Shown one piece after another: positions 11,950 through 24,122 of a stretch of 64,000 bases of DNA. The notes below the pieces were generated by a model. That model was not told the DNA's origin. It searched no databases and worked only from the letters and a program-made list of their open reading frames with translations. The stretch covers positions 180,606,001 to 180,670,000 of the forward strand of contig NC_042998.1 in NCBI RefSeq assembly GCF_006345805.1, read 5' to 3'. Each line of letters begins with the position of its first letter. The first letter of the stretch is position 1. Both the position numbers and the translations under genes were made by a program. Source of the DNA: Octopus sinensis (Eukaryota).

Positions 11950-13800
11950 TTGAGGGCAACAGCAATGTCCACGGATTGCTGTATACCCGAGCACATTGTT
12001 CTTTTATAACACATTTGGACGCAATAAACCTCTTACAAAAACAGCATTAAGGAGGCAATATACCTCTTACATTGACTACATACGAAGCCACTTTGAGGCA
12101 ATGAACCTCTTACTTAAATCCATTTAGGTATCAAAATTAGAATCTTCTTGCCCGAGAAGACTCCACGCCTCGGAAAAACGTAACACCTGGACAGTTCCAA
12201 GTCGGGCCCATTCAACATAAATCTATAGGTTTCCTTGGGGAAGGAATCCATCATCCTGTACAGGTTGTTCTACCTCATGACCTTCGCATCCACCTGCAAA
12301 GGCCAGTGAGGGTCCTTTGTGCAGGACAGGATCCCCTCCCTTCAGCCCTTCGTTTTGAGCTTGTCAACAAAGTTCTCCACTGTTCCTCCCTTAAGGAAGA
12401 GGATCACAAATTACTCCCCCATATCATGGAGGGGCTGTACAGTCTCCATCTCTGGTGGCACAACTCTCACCAAAGATGCTTCGAGACACGCCGGCAGTGT
12501 ATTACCAACCGCAGATGATGTTCCATTTTTCCTTTTGTTTCTTCTTTTTTTTTCCTTTGAGCTACGGTAGGGTAGAGTTCCTCCGCCTTGTCCAGCAGAT
12601 CCTCCCTTCCTCCTGCAACCCTCGGTTCCTTCGGTGGGCAGCCATTGTTGCCCCCCTTCCTTTTTTTTTCTTTTTTTCGAGAAGGCTTCCACTTCTTCGA
12701 CTTCCTCATTCTCTCCTTCCAATGAGGGAGCAGGGAATGATACTTCTAGTAACTGCTCCAGTACCCTATTTTGGATACCTAGCCCTGGTCATCCTTAAAA
12801 AATCTGGAAAAACCAGATTTTTGGCTCATTGGGTCCATAGGGCCAAAACAGCTTTTGACCCCTCCCAATCAGCTGCAGGCAAAATTTTCACATTGAGTAG
12901 CTTGGTACTGCTGCCACCCAGACCCCGGCCGATAGAATCCTCTATCCACTCGGGCTCAGTTGCGGGTGGCAAACCGCAGACCCAAGCCTTCGTCAACTTC
13001 TTCCCACAATAAGTGGGAAGGAACAAAATCTCACTGCCCTCCAGGGGCTGGCTTGCGAATTCGCAAGCGTCTTTGGGTGAGTCAAATAGCAACCACACCG
13101 TTGCATATTTGATCCCCCGTGAGATATATTTAATAGCTGGCATATAGTCTGCCAGCTCTTTTTCAATTATGTTTTTCGGGAAGACGGCTATGGTGCCGAG
13201 GAACTTGGAGTAAGTCCTCAACACCACCGCCTTCCTTTCAAACTCCTGAAGCCATGTTTTTGGAGGTGTCAACTCCCATTTAACAAATTTATTCCTTGCT
13301 ATCTGTAAAAGAAGTTCTAAATATAGTCCACAAAATTTTAAAATAATACAGAAAGAAAAACAAAAAGAAAGACTCAACAGAAGGGAAGAAAAAATATAAA
13401 TAAACAGTTCAATACAGTTTTTGTTTTCAAATAAACGACAGACGAAGAGAACGAGAGTTCAAATTACAGCAAAGACAAATATTTTTTTTTCTTTGCCACG
13501 CGGTAATCCTGGCCTTCGTAGCTTTTTCAATCCTTGTGTAATTCCTTGAAATTGTTTTCAAAAAAATTTTCCACGCAGGCAGACAAACTCATTTCTTGCA
13601 AATAGTTGAGAATAATTCAGCTCTAATTTGAAGGCGAAACACACCTCCAGACAGCAGTTCTCACCGCTAAGTGAGAAAAACACACGTCTCTACCGCAGGC
13701 AGACCAAAAGCTCAAAATTCAGTGACAACTCCTTGCTTGTACAAAAAATAAACCTTACGAACAATCCCACTGGACTCAAAAAGCAAAAAGTCTAACCTTA
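11950..13800 (-). mobile_element. ORF1/gag-like-only element, copy 1 (decayed ORF about 12114-13302)
   Basis: IEKELADYMPAIKYISRGIKYATVWLLFDSPKDACEFASQPLEGSEILFLPTYCGKKLTKAWVCGLPP aligns by eye with copy 3; basic KKRKKK linker; C-terminal frame with three internal stops; no EN or RT downstream. Confidence 0.7.
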
Positions 13801-14574
13801 CAGTAGAGCATCTTTCAATACAACTTTCGTTCGCTGCACACCAGCGTGGCGACTTCAATGGTACTGTGAAGAACACTAACGACCGGATGCAAGCTTCTTA
13901 CCACTCAGTGACTCCTTCGCCGCCGAAATTGGTTCAATCGAAGTGAATTACTTTATTTATAAGTGGAACTCAATACAAAGTTAGTGTGTATGTTTTGATA
14001 TTTTTTTATATAAATTTTTGCTAATTTCCCACTCGAAGTCCTTCTCGTAAATGGTGTTTTATCATATGTCATTTGTTAATATTTGTGGTTGGTAAACACC
14101 AAAACGATGTTATTCTTACTTTCAGTATTAGAAAAATTATTTTTTTAGCATCAATAATTACATTTTCTTTATCGGACATATTGAAAATTTTATACTTAGC
14201 TCATACTACTAGTACTACGATTGAAAATCATAATATATATTTATGTATGTGTATATATGTGTCTGCTTATATTTCTATATAAATGAAAATATAGGCCGTG
14301 AAATATATGACCGTGCATATAAGAATGGAAAATGTTTTCATCACCGAACAAAAGTTTGAGAGATCAAAACACTTAGCTATGAACAGTCAAGTTCACCTAA
14401 ATATAGAGGTCTTATGCGCCGCAGTATTTCAGAATTCAAAACCGCGGGTAGTATTGACGTCAAATTCTTCAGTGGTGCTGGGAAACGCGCAGAGCAAAAC
14501 CGTTGTAAAACACTTCCTTTGAATCACTACATGAAAAGCTGTCTCTTCAGCAGGTCACTAACGGTTGACTAGTC

Positions 14575-14717
14575 TACACATACACACAAACACACACACA
14601 CACTCACACACACATACTCACTCACTCACTCACTCACTCGCTCATTCATACGGATATATATATATATATATACGTACATATATATATATATATATTATAT
14701 ATATATATAGGGGAGAG

Positions 14718-14760
<43 letters not shown>

Positions 14761-14919
14761 TACATATATATATACATATATATATGCATATATATATACA
14801 CGCATACATACACATGTACATACATAAAGTATATATACTACATACACTATATAAATATATATATATATATATATGTGTGTGGTGTGTGTGTGTTTGTGTA
14901 TGTATATATATATATATAT

Positions 14920-14955
<36 letters not shown>

Positions 14956-14963
14956 TAGATAGT

Positions 14964-15038
<75 letters not shown>

Positions 15039-15283
15039 CTATACCTTATATACACAATATATATATATGTGTGTGTGTGTACATATATATGCCTACGCAT
15101 TATATACACACATTGTGTGTATGTGTCTGTGTGTGCGTATAAACAATATCAACTCTTGATCATAACTATGTTCACGAATAGGGAATGAAGAAAAAGTATC
15201 TTTTAGATGTATTTCTACATTAATGTATGCATATGTGTATTGTGCGTTTGCTTTTATGTATGTATGCAGGAGTGTCTGTGTGT

Positions 15284-15319
<36 letters not shown>

Positions 15320-15400
15320 CTGTATGTGTATGCAAGTGTGTGTGTATAAGTATAAATGTATATCTATGTACCTAAACTTACATATACTGTATAACTAGAT
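14575..15400. repeat. Large compound microsatellite (CA, CACT, TA, GT, GA, GATA)
   Basis: Direct reading. Confidence 0.95.
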
Positions 15401-17149
15401 ATGTATATATGTGTAGGTGTTGTCTATTCGAATATGTGCATAAAATGACTGTAATATGCAAGGATAGACTACTTTCTGAATGTGGGAACAATTTCAATGA
15501 TTTATCTTTTGATTCTTGACATGTGAGTGGGAACTATAATATACATCCATATAAAAAAAACAGAAGCAGCATAAACCACGATACGGAATACTTCATAGAT
15601 CAAGTTGTTAAGTCCAGACTACAATGTCATAGCATTTGTCCTAGAAACCATATTCTGTTTTGTTTTTTTTTCTTGTCAATGATTTTGATTTTTAAAATAC
15701 GAAAAATGTAATAAGAAAAGTAGAAAATTCTGAAATAAAATATATAAATAACACAAACTATGAAAATAAATAAAATCAGTTATTTTTTTATTCTTGATTT
15801 ACTTTCGCTTTAATATAATTATTTCAATGAGAGCTTTCGTCCGGAAGAAGTTGTTCTCTAAGTTAGTCGATAAACACATCTTGGAAAAGAATATTTCACG
15901 ATTTAACGAATTTAGAAACATTGCATTCGACTATTTAGCACATTAATTATCTTAATTTGTATTTTTGATTTTATTTTCATACTTTTTTATGTCTCTACTT
16001 AATGTCAAATATATTAGGAAGAGAGGAAAATAGAGATTCTTTTAAAATCTATTTTCAAAATTTCACTTAATATTCTTAACAATATTGTTTTCAACAACAG
16101 GGCCCAAGGCCTCATATTTTGAGGAAGAGATATAACAGAGTAAATTGATACTGTTATTTCACTAGAACCTTCTTTTATCAACACCAGAGAGTTTAAAGCC
16201 ATTAAAAATATCATCTGAAAATACTACGTAAGGAGAAAATGCATATCAGCAAAATAAAACATAATGCATGCGGTTCATAAAGACAGCATGGTCAATTTTC
16301 GGGACAGTTGACGAGTATCTTCCCGTATCTGAACCATGCGAGACTACGTACCAGAATCAACTCGAAGGTTTTATTTTGTTCACACACATGAACTTCATAA
16401 AAATGATTTTAAGGAAGCAGAAAGACAGTCCTTACGGTCACGAAACATCATCATATCTAAAACTCATGCCTCACATGAATATCTACGGGGATGTTCCGAA
16501 GTTATGGTATTTCTAGTAGTTATTTCATTTTATACGTTTTGCTTTCAATTTTATAAGTTAGAGACGCGGCTGTAGACAGTAAATAAAATGAGACACTTAG
16601 AGAGAAAGAGCGAGAATCAGTCTCATTCTCAATCTTGTACATGGATAACCTAAAATAGTATATTGCGTTTAATATGCAATTCTTTTGAGCCTCTCCTACA
16701 TTTTCAAGCAGTTTAGTGGAGTTATTAAGATGTTCTTTCTTCTGGAGAAATCCAAGAAGGTGACAAAAAGGTCGACGGACCATCTTAGCAGATTTGTTGG
16801 AAAACCGGGGTTGTAAGATAATACAAGTGTTGCGAAATTACATATCCTACAAATACATAGGCATAGACGAGAGGAAAATTGTATGTATATGTGTGTTTGA
16901 GTATGTATGCATGTGTATGAACATTTCATCTCCAAGATTAGAAAGATCAATAAACATTTATAACTTCCCATAAGCATGAATACTGTGGCACGAAACCTTT
17001 TGCAGAGCCAACCATGATATATAAATGTGTAATATAAAAAGCCTACTGAAAATATAAACACAATGTACTTGAAAATGAATGTGATATTCACTGTATATAC
17101 AGTGGACTGTATATCGTAGGTGTTACACGAATGTAAACGTTAGAGGGGA

Positions 17150-18330
17150 AAATAAAGAAACACTTATCAATCTTGCACAGAATCTTTTCTATACACAAGA
17201 AAGCTTGTTATGTGATCTTGTTGGCTATGATCATAAAACAGAAGCAAACTGTTTACATCAGCAGCAAAGTATTATTGCTCAAGAAATTAGAATATAATCA
17301 AAGATATAAGGTATAAACCGCAAGTAGTATTAAACAGGAATATACTGATGGGACATAACTAAACTATGGCGAACAAAGAGAAGCTTTTGATTTTGTACCG
17401 TAGTATCAAGATGGATGATATACAGTTAAAAGAGATGATGCAAAGCATCCCAGGGTTGTAAGAATAAATTATTGTGAGATAACCAAACACAAAAGTTTGC
17501 ACAAGTCATTAGATTGACTACCAGAGAATTTTTGTCAGAGTAAACTACATTTGTTTCCTGGAAAAATTATCATTGAGTAAGCTAGCATCAGTATTATGTG
17601 TTAAACACTTTATGAGTAAATTCCAAACAATTCTGAATACACAAATGTGAGGGAATACTAAAAACATATTCCGTTTCTGCCCGAAGAGGAATATTTCAGG
17701 GAGACCTCACTTCTTTCAATCACGTTTAACCAGGTTAAATCAGAGGTTGGACTCGGGATCAGAGAGCTATGTCTTTTACATATTGCTGACATTAAGTTGC
17801 ATGTTGAAGAATATAAATGTTAGAGACACGGAGGTAGACAGCAAATGAATTTATTGGAAGAACCTATTGGTTAGAACATGCGCTAAGACAACCTTATGAA
17901 TTGCGAAATTAATCTGGAAGATCTGTATGGTAGAGACAGAAATATGTGACATTTAGACCGAACGCAAATTTACAAATATATAGGAAGAAATTAAACAGTA
18001 CAACCCAAGGAATTTTTCGCAAGAAATATAGATACATTATATCAATATTTTGATAGAGCTAAATTTAAGAGACAGATATGTAATAGTATCAATGTTTTCG
18101 ATGTCCCGCTAGTAAGTTGTAGTTAAATGCTTCAGTGTATGATAAATGATCTAGTAACTCTAGATGCAAAAAGAGATAAAATTTGGACATTATCATATGC
18201 CATTATAAATTATAGATAGAAAAGAGATAATATAAATAAATAACAGGAAAGTCATAGTAAGGTAGCGGGGTGAGATCAGTTTTACATTGAAATATGTCAA
18301 TTCACACACAAATATGTACAGAATAACTAC
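17150..18330 (+). mobile_element. Dong/R4-type reverse transcriptase core, heavily decayed
   Basis: Motifs in order: REAFDFVP (~17377), RRGIFQGD (17682-17705), LLHIADIKL (~17773), YKYIG (~17970), INVFDVPL (~18090), matching recalled KAFDSVPH, RRGIFQGDSLSP, LLYMDDxKL, YKYLG, INTxAVPV. Confidence 0.8.
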
Positions 18331-18631
18331 AAGTACGTATTGCTTACATTCTACCCACACGTCATTTTCCTACGAGCTGTGGTGATGTTAATTATTTTGA
18401 GCGTATGATGTGTGACTCAGCTTTAACGGCGAGGCGATTTCTTTCGGCATTTCCACGGATTCACCTATTGCTACCAAGAAACGGTAACAGCATTGGTTTG
18501 TTGCTCCGTTTTAACTTCTCTGGCTATTCTAGAGAGAAACCCTCTGAAATGTTCTTTGCTGCTAACATAATTTCGAGCATAATTGTTCTTTCTAACATAA
18601 ATGTTCTTTACAGCTTACATAATTTCTAACA

Positions 18632-18810
18632 TAAACACAAGTCCAGAAATTTGAGAATAGGGTTTAGTCGATTATATCGATCTTTGTATTGGACTGGTAC
18701 TTTATTTAATTGATACAAATCGCAGAAAGTCATTTTCGAGCTCAGAATGTAAAGATCCAGAAGAAATACCGCAAGGCATTCTCTAGACGTTCCAACGATC
18801 CGACCTAATG
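18632..18810 (-). mobile_element. Decayed family B SINE monomer
   Basis: AGTCGATTATATCGA, CTGGTACTT and CTCAGAATGTAAAG..AGAAATACCGCAAGGCATT blocks. Confidence 0.65.
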
Positions 18811-18990
18811 AAGATATCGACAATGACGATGGCGACAACGACGACGACGACGACGGCGATGATGATGATGATGATGATGATGATGACGACGACGACGATA
18901 AAAGAAATAGAAACGTGTTCCCTAGAGATACGTTTGGCATTACTAAATTGCAAGAATAGGGATTATCTAGTTGATATCTTTTTATCTTTT

Positions 18991-19375
18991 AGCTCTTACT
19001 TGTTTCAGTCATTTGACTGCGGCCATGCTGGAGCACCGCCTTTAGTCGAGCAAATTGACCCCCAAGACTTATTCTTTGTAAGCCTAGTACTTATTCTATC
19101 GGTGTCTTTTGCCGAACCGCTAAGTTACGGGGACGTAAACACACCACCATCGGTTGTCAAGCGATGTTGGGAGGACAAACACAGATACACAAACATATAT
19201 ACACACATACATATATACCACAGGCTTCTTTCAGTTTCTGCCAACAAAATCCACTCACAAGACTTTGGTCGGCCCGAGGCTATAGTAGAAGACACTTGCC
19301 CAAGGTGCCACACAGTATGAATGAACCCGGAACCATGTGGTTGGTAAGCAAGTTACTTACCACACCGCCACTCCT
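18991..19375 (-). mobile_element. SINE family C, full length
   Basis: High similarity to 37565-37987 and 49599-50007. Confidence 0.92.
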
Positions 19376-20764
19376 ATTCATATCTACATTTCTAACATAA
19401 CAAATATGTAAGAATGTTGAGTTATTTGTAAAATTAGACAACTGATATGAAATCGATATTGCAGGAAATGTTCGAATATGCTTTAACTTGTTAATTTGGT
19501 CAAAAATACGTAAAATATTCTAAATTAATATACAATGCGGAATTTTCTAAACAGCAGTTGATACAAATACAAAATGAATCAATTAGAAACAAAATACAGG
19601 ATATGTTTAACATATTTCAGGCAAGTTAATATTTTTATCGTGTAAAAAATCAATATGAGTAGTTGTTATCACTGTTCTTTAAGAGAAATAATTTAATAAC
19701 TTATCCTGGATAGTACGTGAGTCTATTGCAAGTAGCATATCCTTACAATGGAATTTGTCTTAGAACTTATATTCAATGAAATAGTGGTTCATAAAATAAT
19801 GTTATGGTCGTTATCTACACCGTTTAATTAACCATACTAATTACAGTGTCTATGTAGGAAAAGGTAAACTGTGGCGGTTATTCTGTAGCCTATTAATTCG
19901 GACATTCATACACTTGTATGTTGGGAAGGGTCCCTGAACGGCAAATAAGCAAAAAATCCTATAACACACTACAATAAATGAAAAAAAGAATACTCCGGAC
20001 AAGAGGTTTGGTATTTTTTCTTGTTCAACAGAAAAAATGACGGGTGGCAGGATTCATTGTCTATATGAAAATAATTTTAGAATTGTTCCTTTAATAACCT
20101 TGTTATTGTTCTGCATGTATTAAAGGGCAATTTCATTCATTTAAATATTTCATTCTCTTACATAGTCTTATATATCGTCGATACCATTTGCCTCTTTCTC
20201 CCTTATGCAAGATCATGTCATTTACTCTTATTTACTGTAATTAATCTAGTTTAAAAACATTTTACTAGATTTCTTTTACACCCTATCATAAGTGGTAATT
20301 GTTAACAACTGGTTTTTACCAGGTCTTTTTTCAGTTGAAGTAGCAAGAGCGTAAGGTTTTTACTAACACTTATGGAAAAATATTTCTGGGTTATTAAATG
20401 TCTAATTTGTATATTATATCCATAGCATATTGTGTAAGAGCATTGAAATTCTGTATGCAATACAGATGTGCAGGTTCAGTCCCAGTCACAGTAAATCTAA
20501 GATACTTGATGACGAAAAGGGATTAAACTAATTAAAATGGATTATTGGAAAAGAAACGCAAAATAGTGGTTCACGATACGGAATGCTTTCTACACATAAG
20601 AGTTTATTCGTTTGTAGCTCATTAAGGAATGTTCTATTGCTCTGGGAACATCCTTACTAATATTCTAGAGAGGTTTAACATTCTTTAAGCTCATAATTCT
20701 CAGCAACTATTCATTTACGACAAGGATTCATTATTAACGTAGTATTTCAATGTAATACCTTGTA

Positions 20765-21076
20765 GTGGAGGCACATGGCCTAGTGGTTAGAGCAGCGGAC
20801 TCGCGGTCGAAGGATCGCGGGTTCGAATCTCAGAACGGGTGGTGTGTATGTTTATGAGTGAAAACACCTTAGCTCCACGCGGCTCCGGCAGAAGGTAATG
20901 GCGAACTTCTGCTGACTCTTTCGCCACAACTTTCTCTCACTCTTTCCTCCTGCATCTTGCAGCTCACCTGCGACGGACCGGCGTCCCGTCCAGGTGGGGA
21001 ACCTATATGCCAAGAAACCGGGAAACCGGCCCTTATGAGCCAGGCATGGCTCGAGAAGGAACAAACAACAACAACA
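20765..21076 (+). mobile_element. SINE family A with 3' module 2, (CAA)n tail
   Basis: GTGGAGGCACATGGCCTAGTGGTTAGAGCAGCGGACTCGCGG head; closely matches 52738-53050. Confidence 0.92.
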
Positions 21077-21639
21077 ATACTTATTCTGGTTATAATGATG
21101 CTACAATATGTTGCTATTCATTATACAAAGTAACTTTAACCAATGCTTACCTACACATTATAACCAGTTAGACATAACAATTTGAATTATACTTCTTCTA
21201 TGCATATATGTCGTAAGATATCGTGTCATAAATTTTACCAATCACATTGGTTGCGAAGGCTAAAATCTTCCTTCGTAGCTTTGACAAAAATGTTCTCCTA
21301 AAAGGTATTTCTTTAGTGGGACTTGCAGTATCCTGAATAAATGACTACGAAGAGAAGACTTAGTTTTGTTTGAATTCTTTAGTTTGACGCATTCACCAAA
21401 TTTACAATAGACGAAGTTAGACGGAGAAGCTACCTAGCAGCTTGAATCCACTCAAAACTTTACAAATGCTGTAGAGTTGAATATATCTACCGAATTGCTT
21501 CGTTCTAGTCTGATGTGAGCTGTTTTCTTTCTTAGAATAAGAATATGAGTAATATTAATACTGTCATTGCGAAATCATATTCATTATTATTAACCATTCT
21601 GATTCTTCTTCATGTTCTGTCTACTATAGCCAATACTAG

Positions 21640-21671
<32 letters not shown>

Positions 21672-21872
21672 CACGCACACATACACACACATATACATAC
21701 ACATGTATGTATGTATTTATGTATGTACGTACGTATGTATGTATGTATGTATGTATGTATGTATGTATGTATGTATGTATGTATGTACGTACGTACGTAT
21801 ATATGTCTGTATGTATGTATGTATGTATGTATTTATGTATGTATGTATGTATGTATGTATGTATGTATGTAC
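21640..21872. repeat. (CA)n/(TATG)n microsatellite
   Basis: Direct reading. Confidence 0.95.
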
Positions 21873-22324
21873 GTAGTAAGTATAAACGTGGCAGTTTACT
21901 CTATCTAAAACTCTGTCTAGAATTTGTAATTCTTTCTCTTACATATGCAATTTTACATCTACTACAAGAAATATTAAATTTATCACGAGAATTGTACGTT
22001 GAGAATTGTTCCGCTGACACACGCATTTTTTTAAACAGAATAGAAAAATTAGAAACTACTTCAGTATTTCGTTTCTACTCTAGATATAGCGTGTTTCTGA
22101 AACGAAAATAAATTACTTTTATTTAAATTTGCCAAAAAAAAAAAAATGAGAGGGAGAAAAACAGAAGGAAAATAATTGTATATAATTCTTGATAAATATT
22201 TAATGTGGTATTACTTCGTCAGTGTCTTTGTCCCTCACTGACTCATAACATTCTCTCTCTATTTCTATTCCTGTTTCTATCGTACTTTCATAGTAGATTT
22301 TCCAATCTCTTCCCATCTTTCCCT

Positions 22325-22518
22325 TTTCTCTCCTCTCTCTCTTTCTCTCTCTCTCTCTGTCTCTCTCTTTAATTCTTTAACTATATTTCAAGCGAAATTT
22401 TCCTTTTTTCATTTCACTTATATACACACATGCACACATACACACAGACACACCCACACACTCACACACACATACAAATAAATATATACATGCATACATA
22501 CAAATACATATATACATG

Positions 22519-22552
<34 letters not shown>

Positions 22553-22560
22553 AATATATA

Positions 22561-22601
<41 letters not shown>

Positions 22602-22626
22602 CATACATATATATAGACATATATAT

Positions 22627-22698
<72 letters not shown>

Positions 22699-22999
22699 AT
22701 ATACAGGCATGCATACATATATGTACACATGTACGTATGCCTATATACCTGCTTATGTGCGTCTAAATGTGTGTGTTTAAGTGTCTGCGAGTGTATGTGC
22801 AGCTATGTATGCCGTTATGATACATTTTGTTTTGTTTATTACATAGATATTTTGTTTTCGGTTTTAGTATATATTTTCTGACTGTTATTACAAGCAACGA
22901 TGCAAATTTTTAAAGTCCATTTATTCAATTTTCGTGACTGTATAAGAACATGTATATATATTTGTATATATATATATACATGTCACACAAATATATTAC

Positions 23000-23061
<62 letters not shown>

Positions 23062-23140
23062 TGTGCGTGTGTGTGTGTGTGTGCCTGTGTGTGTGTTTGT
23101 CGGTCTGTATGTATGTATGTATGTTTGTACGTTTGCATAT
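22325..23140. repeat. Cluster of (CT)n, (CA)n, (TA)n and (GT)n microsatellites
   Basis: Direct reading; accounts for YIYI/CVCV ORFs. Confidence 0.93.
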
Positions 23141-23663
23141 TATATATAAATCCAGCTTGAAAACACGACTTTGACGTATTTATATATATTTTTTTCTCCG
23201 TCGAAGAGATTCAAATATAAAATTTTATTTTTATTATATAACTGAATCGCTAGAAAATTTCTCAAAAACATCCACCTTCCTAAAGTTACATTCCGGATTA
23301 CTAAAACCTTGCATAAGTTAACACCCTGGTGTAACTTAGTGTCTTCAATGTATATGCACATAACGGTAATTTAACACCTTTTAATACTGTAGCGCTTCAT
23401 GTTTTACTGGGTCATCAGCAGCTAATAGCCATTCCTGTTGTAGTTGCTGGTAACCTGTCCATTAAAGTCCAAATTTATTCTGAGTTTTTTATGCTTTTTT
23501 AATGAAAGTGGCTAAGATAGCACATGCGAACTTCCTAAGCATAAAAATCTATCCAAACTCATAAAATTTCTGAAGAATTTTTTTTCTTTTAATTTCGTTT
23601 TTGTATTTGATTTGTAAGATTCTTGTTGTGAATTCGGGTGTTGAAGCAATTTTTTTTAGTCTA

Positions 23664-23848
23664 GGGAGAGTCATTACGTCAATAATAATAACACGCACAG
23701 GTTCAATTTCACTTCTTTAGTATTAGTCAATTAGTTGAATGTCTATCCAACTAAGTTGTTAGTTCGATAGATATTCTGCCAATTGTGTACTAATAAAGAA
23801 GTGAAACTGAACCTGTGCGAGTGTTATTACTGGTGTAATGACTCTCCC
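23664..23848. mobile_element. Fold-back MITE, 185 bp
   Basis: Termini GGGAGAGTCATTAC / GTAATGACTCTCCC; internal arms ACGCACAGGTTCAATTTCACTTCTTT / AAAGAAGTGAAACTGAACCTGTGCG; central TCTATCCAACTAA / TTAGTTCGATAGA. Confidence 0.8.
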
Positions 23849-24014
23849 AAGGTATAAAAACGTTTTTTCATATTACTCACTCTAATATAGAGGTTTTACG
23901 AAACAATCTAAATTCTATTATATCATTCCAAAGGCTAAATTGAATAATGAATAAAGCATTATTGTTCGTATATCCATTAGGCCAATGCGATTATGTGCTT
24001 ACGTGTAAGTGTCT

Positions 24015-24026
24015 TTCTTTCTCTCT

Positions 24027-24098
<72 letters not shown>

Positions 24099-24122
24099 AT
24101 ATATATATATATATATACATAT
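24015..24122. repeat. (CT)n-(TA)n microsatellite
   Basis: Direct reading. Confidence 0.95.

Noticed and set aside
12018-12113. Repeat-spacer pattern reminiscent of a CRISPR array
   Set aside because: Only three 19-bp units, unequal short spacers, no cas genes, eukaryotic retroelement context; kept as a candidate 3' RNA signal instead.
14298-14522. 74-aa ORF and a TGACGTCA (CRE) site at 14455-14462
   Set aside because: Single short motif and an unrecognisable ORF; both expected by chance.
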